From Candidatus Anderseniibacteriota bacterium (GTDB lineage Bacteria > Patescibacteriota > JAUYIX01), in NCBI GenBank assembly GCA_046350905.1, contig JAXLZN010000004.1, positions 6,026 through 70,025 on the forward strand: DNA of 64,000 bases, written 5' to 3'. How positions within the stretch are numbered: position 1 is the stretch's first letter; each line of letters starts with the position of its first letter. Of the stretch, positions 18,769-28,271 are shown piece by piece. Below the pieces are notes generated by a model. That model was not told the DNA's origin. It did not search any database and saw only the letters and a program-made list of their open reading frames with translations. Both the position numbers and the translations under genes were made by a program.

Positions 18769-19620
18769 TCAGCCGACAGTGCGCCGAGGTTGACGAGCGT
18801 GGCGTGTTCGACCTGGTAGCGGGCCATGCGGGCCGGAGCGGGTGTGGTGCGGTTGACCAGAATCGTGTCGAGGGTGGAAGGCTACCGAGGTGCTCGACGG
18901 CGCGCACAAGCTCGGCGGCAACGTAGCCGTCGGTCTCACCGTGCTTGGTGGTGAGGTTGACGACGTAGGCAACCCGCGCCAGCCGGGTTGCGCTTCGCGG
19001 GTACCCTCGACGAGCAGGTTTGGTACCAGGCTGGTGTAGAGGTCGCCGGGAGCGAGCACGGTCAGGTCAGCGGACGCGAATGCGCACTGACGCGGGGGTT
19101 GAGGCGCGCGGCGCTCGACGACATGCCGGATGGGTGCGCGTTCGCCCTGGGTGACGTCGATGTTGGTCTCGCCGCGCACGGTTGACCCATCCGTCAGCTC
19201 GGCACCAGCCGCACATTGTCGAGCGTGACGGCAAGACCTCGCCGACGCAGCCAGGATCTGCGCGGCCTGGTCGACGGCGCTCAAACGAGCCGGTCGTTTT
19301 TTCGAGCGCGGCCAGCAGCAGGTTGCCAAAGCTGTGGCCGCTGAGGCCTGAACCGCCACCTCGCCCCTGTGCCGGCGGCAGTGCTGGTAGCCGAAGAGGT
19401 TGGCCAGCGTCTGCTGGTCGGCGCGCGCGAGGGCAACGAGCGCGCGCCGGACGTCGCCCGGCGGCAGCACGCCGAACTCTTCACGCAGAACCCCGGTCGA
19501 ACCCCCGTCGTCGGCCATTGAAACCACCGCCGTCAGGCGCACGGCGTGCTGCCGCAATCCAGACAGCACCGTGAATACGCCAGCCACCACCTACCACCAC
19601 GACGTGGGGTTGCTGAACGA
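18769..19620 (-). CDS. yvcK: YvcK/CofD-family (UPF0052, gluconeogenesis factor-like) protein, heavily frameshifted
   Basis: 'LTAVVSMADDGGSTGVLREEFGVLPPGDVRRALVAL' matches the 'ltaIVtvaDDGGSSGrLRrelgvlPPGDiRnclvAL' motif. 'DGSTVRGETNIDV' and 'ADLTVLAPGDLYTSLVPNLLVEG' are also conserved YvcK motifs. The C-terminal third and the N-terminal GGGTG region are out of frame. Confidence 0.55.
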
Positions 19621-19943
19621 GCCTGCGGGTGTCTTGGCACGAGCGAGAGTGTACAGACCACAAATCCCCTGCCGCGCTGCGCCGGATGGGCTACCGGCGG
19701 TGACGGCAGACCCTGGCGGAGAACGTACACGTCGGGACCCCAGAGCGGTAGCGCGGCGACCACCAGTACGACCGCGATCGTCGCAACGACGAGGTCGACA
19801 AACTGGTAGTCGAGGCCTTCTCGGAGTGCTGCGGGCACCCGTCTGGGTCCGGGACAGTGGGACGGCCGATGCCGTCGCCGCTTGTGCTGCATGGGCTCTC
19901 CTCGTGCGAGGTAGCCCCAGGCTACCACACGCCCGCCCGTCGG

Positions 19944-20390
19944 CTACTCCGACTTTTTGGTTGCGTCGGTCGGGGTGAGCTTGACGGGAGCTACGTTGAT
20001 CACGCGCGCATCGTGTTCGCGGTAGATGATGGCCTTGCTCGAGACCGGCGAGGCGGTCGCCGCTGGCGGCATCCTTGTGGTGAACTCGGCGTTGGCCTTG
20101 CGGAGCGACTCGACGTCGACGATCGTGGCAGCAATGCCGGGGTGTCTCATCCGGCAGGAGCAGGTGCGTGCCGACCTGCTTGACCAGCGCCTCGTTGGCC
20201 TGCTTGACGATTTCCTGCTGCGTGCCCGGCTGGCGCAGCCGGTAGTTCTGCCAGGCCAAGAATCCGACGGCGCCCGCCAGCATAACCACGACGATGACCA
20301 GCCAGGTCGTCCGGCTCAGCCTAAAACGCCGCGGCGTTGGGGCGACCGGTTGGCTGGGCTGGCTTGGCGGGATCGTGTCCATCGGGTTGC
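19944..20390 (-). CDS. Hypothetical single-pass membrane protein with a Pro-rich cytoplasmic N-terminus, one TM helix and an extracytoplasmic domain. It is split by one frameshift.
   Basis: 'MDTIPPSQPSQPVAPTPRRFRLSRTTWLVIVVVMLAGAVGFLAWQNY...VKQVGTHLLLPDETP' lies in the frame of ORF 19591..20511. It continues as '...IAATIVDVESLRKANAEFTTRMPPAATASPVSSKAIIYREHDARVINVAPVKLTPTDATKKSE*' in the frame of ORF 19944..20150. Confidence 0.4.
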
Positions 20391-20430
20391 CAATGCTACG
20401 CCAGGCCCCGGGACCGTCAAATGCTAAGCT

Positions 20431-21561
20431 GTGGTCGTGCTCCGCCGACTTCCCACCTTGCTCGCCGTGCTTGCCCTTGCCGGCCTCCTTGGCTCTGCAG
20501 CCGCTGACCACGTGCAGGCCCAGGGGACCGGGACCGCAGCCCAGTGTCGGGTCGAACCCTACACCCCTCCGGCCCTACCAGCTGTACCGATCGAGGAGGT
20601 GCCGCTCTCTTGGTTCTTTACCTACGTCATCGCCCCCCTCGCGGGTATCCTCGCAACCGTCAACCTCCTGGCGGCGGTGCCGTTCGCTGACATCGTCAAC
20701 CTCGTCCGCCAGCTCATCACCGAACCAGGCCTCGTCATCCTGCGCCGCCGCCGCGTCGGCTACGGCACCGTCTACGAGAGCTTGTCCAAACGTCCCGTCG
20801 ACCTGGCTCTCGTGCGGGTGGTTAACGAGGAGACCGGACGCGTGCAGCTCACGCGGGTGACCGACCGCGACGGCCGCTTTGTGGCGTTCGTGCCACCGGG
20901 ACGCTACCGCTTTGCCGTGGTCAAGCGCGGCTACGTGTACCCGACCAAGTTCATGGCCGGGGAGACCTTCGATCCGTCCTTTGGCCAGGTGACCACCGGC
21001 CGCCCGATCGAACACACCGAACGCGGCCCGCTCGAGATCAACCTGCCGGTCGACGCCCCCGAAGACAGCATCTCGGTGCCGGCTGCAATCCGCCGCTACA
21101 CCCGCCGCATCGTGCACGCCGTGCTGGCCTACACCGGCATCATCCTGGGAGCCCTCGCGGTACTCGTGGCCTGGAACTGGCTTGTCTGGGCGCTGCTCGG
21201 CCTGCACATCGTGCTGTTCTTGTTCTTCAACCGGCTGGCGCAGCGCCCCTGGGGCCGCCCGTGGGGCATCGTCAGCGACGCGCGCACCCGCTTTGGGCTG
21301 CCCAAGGGCGTAGTGCGACTGATCGACCAACGCTTTGGTCGCGTGCTCGAGACCCAGGTGACCGACCGCCGCGGCCAGTACGGCTTTGTGGTCGGGCCCA
21401 GCACCTTTAGGCTCTACGCCGACCGTCAGGGCTACCAGCCACATCGCGGCGACCCCTTTACGGTCAGCACCCCGCATGGCGTAGTGCAGCGTGACGTCCC
21501 TCTCCATCCCGGCAGCGTGCCTGGGGACCAGCCGCAGGGTATACTCCCGGTGTCCTCATGA
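20431..21561 (+). CDS. Secreted or membrane protein with two carboxypeptidase-regulatory-like (transthyretin-like beta-sandwich) domains flanking three TM helices
   Basis: Signal peptide 'MVVLRRLPTLLAVLALAGLLGSAAA'. 'LVRVVNEETGRVQLTRVTDRDGRFVAFVPPGRYRFAVVKRGY' and 'VRLIDQRFGRVLETQVTDRRGQYGFVVGPSTFRLYADRQGYQ' both look like CarbopepD_reg-like repeats. TM segments lie between them. Confidence 0.5.
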   Translation: MVVLRRLPTLLAVLALAGLLGSAAADHVQAQGTGTAAQCRVEPYTPPALPAVPIEEVPLSWFFTYVIAPLAGILATVNLLAAVPFADIVNLVRQLITEPGLVILRRRRVGYGTVYESLSKRPVDLALVRVVNEETGRVQLTRVTDRDGRFVAFVPPGRYRFAVVKRGYVYPTKFMAGETFDPSFGQVTTGRPIEHTERGPLEINLPVDAPEDSISVPAAIRRYTRRIVHAVLAYTGIILGALAVLVAWNWLVWALLGLHIVLFLFFNRLAQRPWGRPWGIVSDARTRFGLPKGVVRLIDQRFGRVLETQVTDRRGQYGFVVGPSTFRLYADRQGYQPHRGDPFTVSTPHGVVQRDVPLHPGSVPGDQPQGILPVSS

Positions 21562-24500
21562 ACGAGACTTCCCAGCCAGGCCAACCAGGCTTTGGCCAGC
21601 CGAGCGGCCCGCTCGGGCAACCTCCTACGTCTCCGCCGGTGGGTGCTGCTCCTGCGGCCAACGACAGCGACCTCGTCCAACCCGAGCAGGTTTCTTCGCG
21701 CCTGGATCGGCACGAACACGGTTCGCGCCGGGTGCACGTGCTGGTTGGGATTGCGCTGCTCGTGCTGCTGCTCCTGCTGCTGCGCGGACTGTACGAGAAC
21801 TACCTGCTTCGTAAGGGGCACGACGACCTGGCTGGCAAGGTCGGGCAGCAGTCGCTGCAGCTCTCCCAGATCGGCAGCGTCCAGCCGGTGCTGGGCTCGG
21901 GCTTTGTGCCGGCTGGCACCGTGCTGACTGGGCCAGACGGCAAGCAGTACGTCTGCGGACCGAGCACGGGGACGGGTGGTGGAACCGGCGCTGGGGGTGC
22001 GGCTGGTACAAGCGGGGCCGCCGGCACGGCCGGCAGTGCTGGCACGGCGGGTTCGACCGGTGCAGCTGGATCGACGGGCGCCACGGGCTCGATCGGCGCA
22101 ACCGGACCGCAGGGTCCCACCGGTCCAACGGGCGCTTCGGGCGCCACGGTCAACATCGACGAGGCCTACAACAACTTTGGCCTGACCGCAACGCAGGCGA
22201 TCGTCTTTGTTGATAGCGGACAGGGCCAGGGCGAACTGCGCTTTGACCTCATCGGCAACAATGACTTTGTGATCCAGGACACCGGCACGACCTTTGCCAA
22301 CTTTCAGAACAACGGTGACGTGACCTTCACCAACAACTTTGGGGTGGGTGATGCGGCGGCCAACGAGAACATCGTCAACACGGGCTTTGCGGTCAACGGC
22401 GACGACCTCTTTGTAGCCGGAGACGCCGGCGTGGCCGGGCGCGTCTACTCCAACACGGGCTTTACGGTGGGGGGTTCGACCCGCTACGACGACGGCGTCA
22501 TCCAAAAGACCAACAGCAGCACCGGCGACAACCTCGCGATCGAGACGAGCGGAACCGGCGATATCAACATCATCTCGTCCAACAACATCAGCATCGACCC
22601 CTTCAGCGATAACGATCTGACCGTCGACGGACGCCTGGCACTGTCGCGCACGCTGAGCAACCTGCCGAGCATCACCATGACCAACGCAGGGGCGCTCCAG
22701 TCGGCTTCAATGTTTGTGGGTTCGACCGCACCGGGCCTGCTGCCGGGTGTGGCGGCAGACCAGGGCTCGCTCTACCTGCGCGACAACGGTGGCGCCGGGG
22801 AGCTCTGGCTCAAGACTGGTGCGGGCTCGACGAGCTGGACGCAGGTGGCGACCGCAGCAGGTGGTTCGACCGACCTCGACGAGGCCTACAACAACTTTGG
22901 GGCCTCCGCGGCGACCGTCACCGTGGACGGAGCGCAGGGGCAGGGGAACCTGACCTTCAACCTCTCGAGCACGCAGGATTTTGTGATCCAAGACGCCGGA
23001 ACGGCGTTTGCAACCTTTGACGACTCCGGACGGCTCACCCTCGACAATGCAGCCGGGACTGAGGTACCCCTAACCGTCACGCAGAGTGGGACCGGTAACG
23101 GCATCGACGTCACTGGTGCGGCTAGTGCCGGTCACCTCGTCAACTTGACTAACATCCTCACAGGCGGCGGCTCGAGCATCAACATCACCGATGCCAGTGC
23201 ACAGGCCGGTGTCCAAATCACCAAGAGCGGCACAGACGAAGGGCTACGTGTGGACCAATCGGGCACAGGCGACGCAATTCTTGGTACGCGAACAACGGAC
23301 GGTACCGCAGTGCACGCAAACACGAGCACGAGCGCCTCAACAGGCGTGGAATCTGACTTTGGTGGGACGTCACTCGAGCAGGGTCTGGCTGGAGTTAGGA
23401 TCTTTGCCTCAACTGATGCACTAGCTCTGGCGGGAACTGACGCCGCTACCCGACGCAACGCCTTGCTGCTCATTGAGACAAACTCCGAAGACACAGACAC
23501 CTTCAACTTTGTCGCCTTTAACTCTGACGTAAACGGCAGCGTGGCAAACGATGCGGAGTGGCGGGTTGATTCGTCGGGGGCCACCTTTGCGGATGGTGCC
23601 TACAGTGGTGCCGGCGCGGACGTGGCAGAGTACTTTGGTACGAGCGACACCAACCTAGAACCGGGGGAACTCGTTGCCCTCGACGCTATGCACGGCGGCA
23701 GCGTTCAGCGCACCCGTAGCTCGGGCGATGCTCCCCTCGGGGTGATTTCAACCAGCCCGACGGTGATCGGCAACAACACCGAGGGGCTCGCGCGCAAAGA
23801 CATGCCCAAGGACAGGGCGCTCGTCGGTTTGCTCGGGCAGGTGCCGCTCCGGGTTACCGATGAAACTGGCACAATCGCAGTAGGCGACCGAGTGGCAAGT
23901 TCTAACGTGCCTGGCCGCGGCCGCAAGGCCGCCCCGGGTGAGGCAACGGTTGGCGTTGCTCTGTCTGCGCCTAAGAATGGCAGCATTACGGTGTTGATCG
24001 ATCCACAGCGTGGCGGCCTTGCGGCGGCTCAGACCGTGAGCATCGGGGCTGCGCCCACTGCGATCGCACCGAGCCAGGATGGTTCGCTCAAGAGCGGGGA
24101 GGTGCTCGAGAACCTCGTGACCAAGGCGCTAGACGTGCAGGGTGACCTAACGGTCAGCGGACAGCTCACGGCTGGTCGACTCAACGTTGACGACGCGGCT
24201 ACGTTCAACGGCGCGGTCGCCTTTGGTAGCCACATCGGTGTCGGGCCCGACACGGCAGGCAACCTCACGCTCAAGGCAGGGGAAACGCAAGCGCACGTGA
24301 GCTTTGCCGCCGCGTACGCGGCGGCTCCCAACGTGCAGGTCACCCCGCGTGACTTTGTGCCGCAGTACCGTGTCACGAGCGTTGACGCCAATGGTTTTAC
24401 GATCGAACTCAAGGAGCCAGCCGACGCAGACGTGTCGTTCGACTGGCTCGTGCTCGGGAGCGTAGCCACCGCTCCGCAGGCGAGCCAGCCGATGCTGGGG

Positions 24501-24593
24501 CAGCCACCGGCCACGACAGAGGACCAGGCCCCCGCTGCTCCAGAGGACTCTCACCGGAGCTGGCTGGACCGGCTCTTTAGCTTCAACGGGTAG
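21558..24593 (+). CDS. Membrane-anchored cell-surface fibre protein of 1011 aa. It has a Pro/Gln-rich cytoplasmic N-terminus, a TM anchor, a collagen-like Gly-X-Y repeat of about 25 triplets, two tail-fibre-like repeats beginning 'DEAYNNFG', and a C-terminal H-type-lectin-like domain.
   Basis: TM anchor 'VHVLVGIALLVLLLLLL'. Collagen-like repeat 'GTGGGTGAGGAAGTSGAAGTAGSAGTAGSTGAAGSTGATGSIGATGPQGPTGPTGASGAT'. Repeats at about 22150 and 22880. A tail-fibre-like block 'DVAEYFGTSDTNLEPGELVALD...GVISTSPTVIGN...GLLGQVPLRVTDETGTIAVGDRV'. C-terminus 'HVSFAAAYAAAPNVQVTPRDF...VTSVDANGFTIELKEP...VSFDWLVLG'. The ORF is intact and has an ATGA overlap with the upstream gene. Confidence 0.6.
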   Translation: MNETSQPGQPGFGQPSGPLGQPPTSPPVGAAPAANDSDLVQPEQVSSRLDRHEHGSRRVHVLVGIALLVLLLLLLRGLYENYLLRKGHDDLAGKVGQQSLQLSQIGSVQPVLGSGFVPAGTVLTGPDGKQYVCGPSTGTGGGTGAGGAAGTSGAAGTAGSAGTAGSTGAAGSTGATGSIGATGPQGPTGPTGASGATVNIDEAYNNFGLTATQAIVFVDSGQGQGELRFDLIGNNDFVIQDTGTTFANFQNNGDVTFTNNFGVGDAAANENIVNTGFAVNGDDLFVAGDAGVAGRVYSNTGFTVGGSTRYDDGVIQKTNSSTGDNLAIETSGTGDINIISSNNISIDPFSDNDLTVDGRLALSRTLSNLPSITMTNAGALQSASMFVGSTAPGLLPGVAADQGSLYLRDNGGAGELWLKTGAGSTSWTQVATAAGGSTDLDEAYNNFGASAATVTVDGAQGQGNLTFNLSSTQDFVIQDAGTAFATFDDSGRLTLDNAAGTEVPLTVTQSGTGNGIDVTGAASAGHLVNLTNILTGGGSSINITDASAQAGVQITKSGTDEGLRVDQSGTGDAILGTRTTDGTAVHANTSTSASTGVESDFGGTSLEQGLAGVRIFASTDALALAGTDAATRRNALLLIETNSEDTDTFNFVAFNSDVNGSVANDAEWRVDSSGATFADGAYSGAGADVAEYFGTSDTNLEPGELVALDAMHGGSVQRTRSSGDAPLGVISTSPTVIGNNTEGLARKDMPKDRALVGLLGQVPLRVTDETGTIAVGDRVASSNVPGRGRKAAPGEATVGVALSAPKNGSITVLIDPQRGGLAAAQTVSIGAAPTAIAPSQDGSLKSGEVLENLVTKALDVQGDLTVSGQLTAGRLNVDDAATFNGAVAFGSHIGVGPDTAGNLTLKAGETQAHVSFAAAYAAAPNVQVTPRDFVPQYRVTSVDANGFTIELKEPADADVSFDWLVLGSVATAPQASQPMLGQPPATTEDQAPAAPEDSHRSWLDRLFSFNG

Positions 24594-24640
24594 GTCATTT
24601 CACGCACCTTTCGCGTCCTTTTGGGCGGTTTGTGCTATGG

Positions 24641-24670
24641 TTGACAACTGAGGCCCAATGTGTTAAAAAG
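24641..24670 (+). promoter_or_regulatory. Candidate sigma70-type promoter TTGACA-(18)-TAAAAA, about 85 nt upstream of the 24756 gene
   Basis: An AT-richer intergenic patch. The -35 is a perfect match and the -10 is weak (the last base is not T). Confidence 0.25.
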
Positions 24671-24755
24671 GCCAGTTCGTAAACGTCGACGATAACCGAC
24701 GTACGAGCCGCTCCCGTTAGGGAGTGAACGTCCCTGAACAAAGAGGTGAAAGCCG

Positions 24756-25958
24756 ATGGGCCGAATCATTCTGGTTTGCGTTTTCTTGTTCGCGTCCCTG
24801 TCAGGCAGTGTCAGCGCGGGTTGGTACGACGCCAACAACGTGCCTGGTCGAAGCATCGTGTCCTTCGAGTCTGGCTACCAGTCCAACCGCTCGGTTCCCA
24901 CCGGGCTCGCCATCCGTTCTGACGGTGCCCCCTGTGTGTGCTGGGAGGCGGTGGCAGGTCAGCGTTTCGGTTCTGACCCGGCCTATGCCTGCTACGAGAA
25001 GGCGGCCAACCGTTGGGTCGGTCCCAAAGACGGGCTCACGATCGACATCATCGCGCGACCAGCTGGGTTCAACCGGCCTGGTGTGGTCATGCTGTCCGGT
25101 GACCAACCAGTCGCCGTAGTTGCTCAGAACGCCGTGCTGTCGGGAGACTTTCCCGCTACCGCAAGCGTCTGGCGCTTCAACCACGCCACCGGGGAGTGGG
25201 AAGGGTTTGGCGGAACAGCCGCTGACCAGATCTACACCGGAAGCTGCGTGGGGGGAGCCTGCACCCACGTCGTGGCCGACGTGGCCATCAATCCCGTGAC
25301 TGGTTTCTTCGGGATCGTTGTGGCTGACGACAGCAAGATCAGCTACATCGTCTTTGATGGAACGTCGTACACGGCCGCCGAGACGGTCACGATGAACGCC
25401 GGCGGCATCGCTACGCCCGCCATCGCCTACGATGCAAACGGAACGCCGCAGATTGTCTGGGGTGGCAAGACCGCTTCCGGTCAGCCCGTCCCAGTCAAGC
25501 GCGCCTACCGCGTCGGTCCCAGTAACTGGAGGCTCAATGGGTTCGGAGATGTCGCGTTTGCCGCGGATGTGGCAACCAACGGGACGGAAGTCTCCGTGTC
25601 GTACACCACAGGCGCCCCGGGCCGTGTCAGGGTCTGGACGTTCAACGGCCTGTGGTACAGCGGTGTGATCAACCCTGTCGGTGATGACGCTCGTGGAGTG
25701 TCCATCAGCTACAACTCGCTGGGGCAGCTCTACGCCGTGTGGTCCTCGGAGACCGACAAGGATCTCCTCCTGCTGCACCGCGTGGGTGGCACCTGGCAGA
25801 ACATGGCGGGCGGCACGTCCCCCGAGCAGGTAACCACCGACCAGTGGACCAACCCGGGCCCGTGCGTTCTGACGGACGCCGCGGACAACCCCCTCGTCGT
25901 GGGCTCGATCCTCAGTGGAACGTACTACGACGTTCTGTACACCCACTGGCTACCATGA
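24756..25958 (+). CDS. Secreted hypothetical protein with a repetitive, beta-propeller-like organisation
   Basis: Signal peptide 'MGRIILVCVFLFASLSGSVSA'. Recurrent strand-like motifs 'AIAYDANGTPQIVW', 'VSISYNSLGQLYAVW', 'ASVWRFNHATGEW' and 'GFFGIVVADD'. A Shine-Dalgarno-like AGAGGTGA precedes the ATG. Confidence 0.45.
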   Translation: MGRIILVCVFLFASLSGSVSAGWYDANNVPGRSIVSFESGYQSNRSVPTGLAIRSDGAPCVCWEAVAGQRFGSDPAYACYEKAANRWVGPKDGLTIDIIARPAGFNRPGVVMLSGDQPVAVVAQNAVLSGDFPATASVWRFNHATGEWEGFGGTAADQIYTGSCVGGACTHVVADVAINPVTGFFGIVVADDSKISYIVFDGTSYTAAETVTMNAGGIATPAIAYDANGTPQIVWGGKTASGQPVPVKRAYRVGPSNWRLNGFGDVAFAADVATNGTEVSVSYTTGAPGRVRVWTFNGLWYSGVINPVGDDARGVSISYNSLGQLYAVWSSETDKDLLLLHRVGGTWQNMAGGTSPEQVTTDQWTNPGPCVLTDAADNPLVVGSILSGTYYDVLYTHWLP

Positions 25959-26086
25959 CTTGTTCTTTCGCTTCAGCCGCAGGTCCCTCACACGGGACCT
26001 GCGGCCTTTCTTTTCTCAGAGCAATGAACGCTTGACCTCCGCACGTTTTTGGTGTACAGATGCGGCACCTGGTAAGGAGGTACTGC

Positions 26087-26719
26087 ATGATTCGACAGAA
26101 GTTGCTTCTCATCCTGAGTGTTACGCTGCTCGGGTTTTCGTGGTCTGCGCGCGCGCAGGCCTGCCGTGGCAACCCGATGGACCCGCCCTTCAACTGGGTG
26201 TGCGGGAACGGCCAGCCGCAGGAGTACTGTGGCTCGTCCGACCCCTACACCAAGCCGTCTGCGATCACCGTGACGGTCAAGGACGAGAACGGAGGCACGG
26301 CTCAGCCGGGGGACTGGCTGACGCTCGACGTCACCATCCACGACATGCCGGCCGGAGAGTGGTGGGAGGTCTTTTGGCTCTCCTGCCCAGCCGCGCACAT
26401 CGTCGGTTTGCCGGCGGTCGTGCGGATGCCCTGCGCTGGTCGGCCGCTCACGCCAGACCAGAAGACCCAGAACTTGACATCGCAGCAAGGTCGACTGTTT
26501 GTGATGCACTGGTACGGCACGTATCCGTGCGAATCGCCCTCGACCTTGAGCTACCGGATCCAAATCGATCCGGCCGCGCAACGGGGGGACCAGATCACCC
26601 TCGTGCACGAGGCGGTGGCCCTGCGCACCACTGCCCTCATCAAGCTGCGGATCACCTCTGCCTTCAAGGTTGGGGACATCCTGCAGCCCATCACGCAGCT
26701 GGTCGAGCGCCTCGAGTAG
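26087..26719 (+). CDS. Secreted hypothetical protein
   Basis: Strong Shine-Dalgarno AAGGAGG 6 nt before ATG 26087. Signal peptide 'MIRQKLLLILSVTLLGFSWSARAQA'. Several Cys residues. No known domain. Confidence 0.45.
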   Translation: MIRQKLLLILSVTLLGFSWSARAQACRGNPMDPPFNWVCGNGQPQEYCGSSDPYTKPSAITVTVKDENGGTAQPGDWLTLDVTIHDMPAGEWWEVFWLSCPAAHIVGLPAVVRMPCAGRPLTPDQKTQNLTSQQGRLFVMHWYGTYPCESPSTLSYRIQIDPAAQRGDQITLVHEAVALRTTALIKLRITSAFKVGDILQPITQLVERLE

Positions 26720-26895
26720 CACTCGAGTCGCTCGCCCGGCGGAGCACAGATGCGATTTCGCCAGGCGAGCTCGACCCACGGGTCCCGCTCGCCTCTTTCT
26801 TACCCTTGCTTTTTGCGTAGCTACGTAGTAACTAGTTCGCCAGGAAACCGCGAGGTTTGTTCTTCCAACAGCTACCGATACAAGGAGGCACGCAC

Positions 26896-27448
26896 ATGCG
26901 TACCAGTCTCACCGCGCTTGTGGCGGTCACGCTGCTGACGATGCAAGCAGTGCCAGCCGGCCAACCAACCGCACCCAGGATCAGCATTCGACCCTTTGCC
27001 GACCACGGTAACGCGGGCGGGGGCAACAAGGACGGCGTTGTCCAGAACCAAGACCGCTGGGAGTTTGCCGTCGACGTCGAGCTGCCCTTCGGCGTCCCCG
27101 ACGGCGAAAAGACCTACCACGTCGATGTGGCGCTCAACAACCAGTGGGTGGCGCTCGGCGGAGTGATCGTGCCGCAGTGCCCGAGCGGGGGGTGCACCAA
27201 GGTGGACGTCACCACCACGCAGCCCAACCGCCTGAGCCTCACCATGACCCCCGGCCCCGGCAGCGGCGGCCAGTACCAGACTCGCCACGGCACGGTACGA
27301 TTTTCGGCCGTGGTCCGGGGCCGACGGGTCCAACGGAGACACCCTCGACGTACGAGCGACCCTGCTCATCAACGAGCACGTCCCGCTCGAGCGCTACCCG
27401 CTCGACGTCAGCGCCACGACGCGCCTGATCATCGGTCAAGCGCCATAG
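26896..27448 (+). CDS. Secreted hypothetical protein, with one frameshift near 27330
   Basis: Shine-Dalgarno AAGGAGG 7 nt before ATG 26896. Signal peptide 'MRTSLTALVAVTLLTMQAVPA'. The frame shifts to give the C-terminus '...GADGSNGDTLDVRATLLINEHVPLERYPLDVSATTRLIIGQAP*'. The tail of track ORF 26857..27867 is Arg-rich junk. Confidence 0.45.
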
Positions 27449-27462
27449 GCCCTGAGGCGCCT

Positions 27463-28235
27463 CTACCCTCCGATCTCTCTAACGACTCGCGGTCTTGTCC
27501 GCGAGTCGTCTTTGTGCGCGCGCTGCCCGCGAACCGGCGCGAACAGCTCGGGGTGGTCGGTGCCGATCGCATCCACGCCCATGCCGATCAGGCGCTGCCC
27601 CCGCCGCCGCGAGTTTGCGTGGTAGGCGTAGACCTTGCGGCCGAGCGCGTGTGCGCGGTCGACCAGCTCGCGGTTAACGACGCTGGCGCGCGGTCCGATG
27701 TAGTCGCAGCGTGTTCGCTCTACCGTGGCCCAGAGCTCGCGCTCCCGCCGGCGGAACCAAAATCCGAGCGGGTGCCGAAAGAGCAGGCAGGTCGCCAGGC
27801 TCGGCAGGCGCTGCTTGGCCACGATCAGCGGCTCGGGATCAAGGAGGCCAGCAGCGCCTGCGGCTGATGCGGCGGGCTGCCAGAAGATCTACGACCGCCC
27901 CAACCTCGCGGGCCGCATCGGGCACCTTGAGCTCGATCAGGAGGCCGAGCTTGCCGTCGACGACGTCGAGCACCTCGACGAGCGTCGGAACTTCCCGTCC
28001 GGGTGCCACGGGCAGGCTCCGCACCTCTGCCAGGGTCAGCTCGCGTAGGGGGCTCGTTGCCGTGGGTCAGCTTGACCACGGTGGCGTCGTGGTTGACGAC
28101 GGGCACGCCATCCTTGGTCAGACGCACGTCGAGCTCGGCGTGGCTCAGCCCCAGCTCGAGTGCCTTGCGGAACGCCGCCAGCGTGTTTTCGGGTGCGTGG
28201 CCTGCCACGCCCCGGTGTCCAACGATCAGCGTCAT
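27463..28235 (-). CDS. Glycerophosphodiester phosphodiesterase (GDPD/UgpQ family), frameshifted in at least two places
   Basis: '[50 protein letters not shown]' (N-terminus, frame a). '[21 protein letters not shown]' (frame b). '[18 protein letters not shown]...[16 protein letters not shown]' (frame c). Confidence 0.7.
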
Positions 28236-28271
28236 ACGATGCCGCAGGTTGCCACAGGTACGGCCCCTTAG

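Noticed and set aside
21432-22505. 357-aa minus-strand ORF overlapping the fibre gene
   Set aside because: Antisense artefact; the sense ORF is intact with recognisable domains.
22150-23100. A diversity-generating retroelement hypothesis, from the two 'gacgaggcctacaacaactttgg...' repeats
   Set aside because: Both copies are inside the coding region. They differ by indels and by substitutions at all base types, not only at adenine positions. No reverse transcriptase is nearby. They are ordinary intragenic domain duplication.
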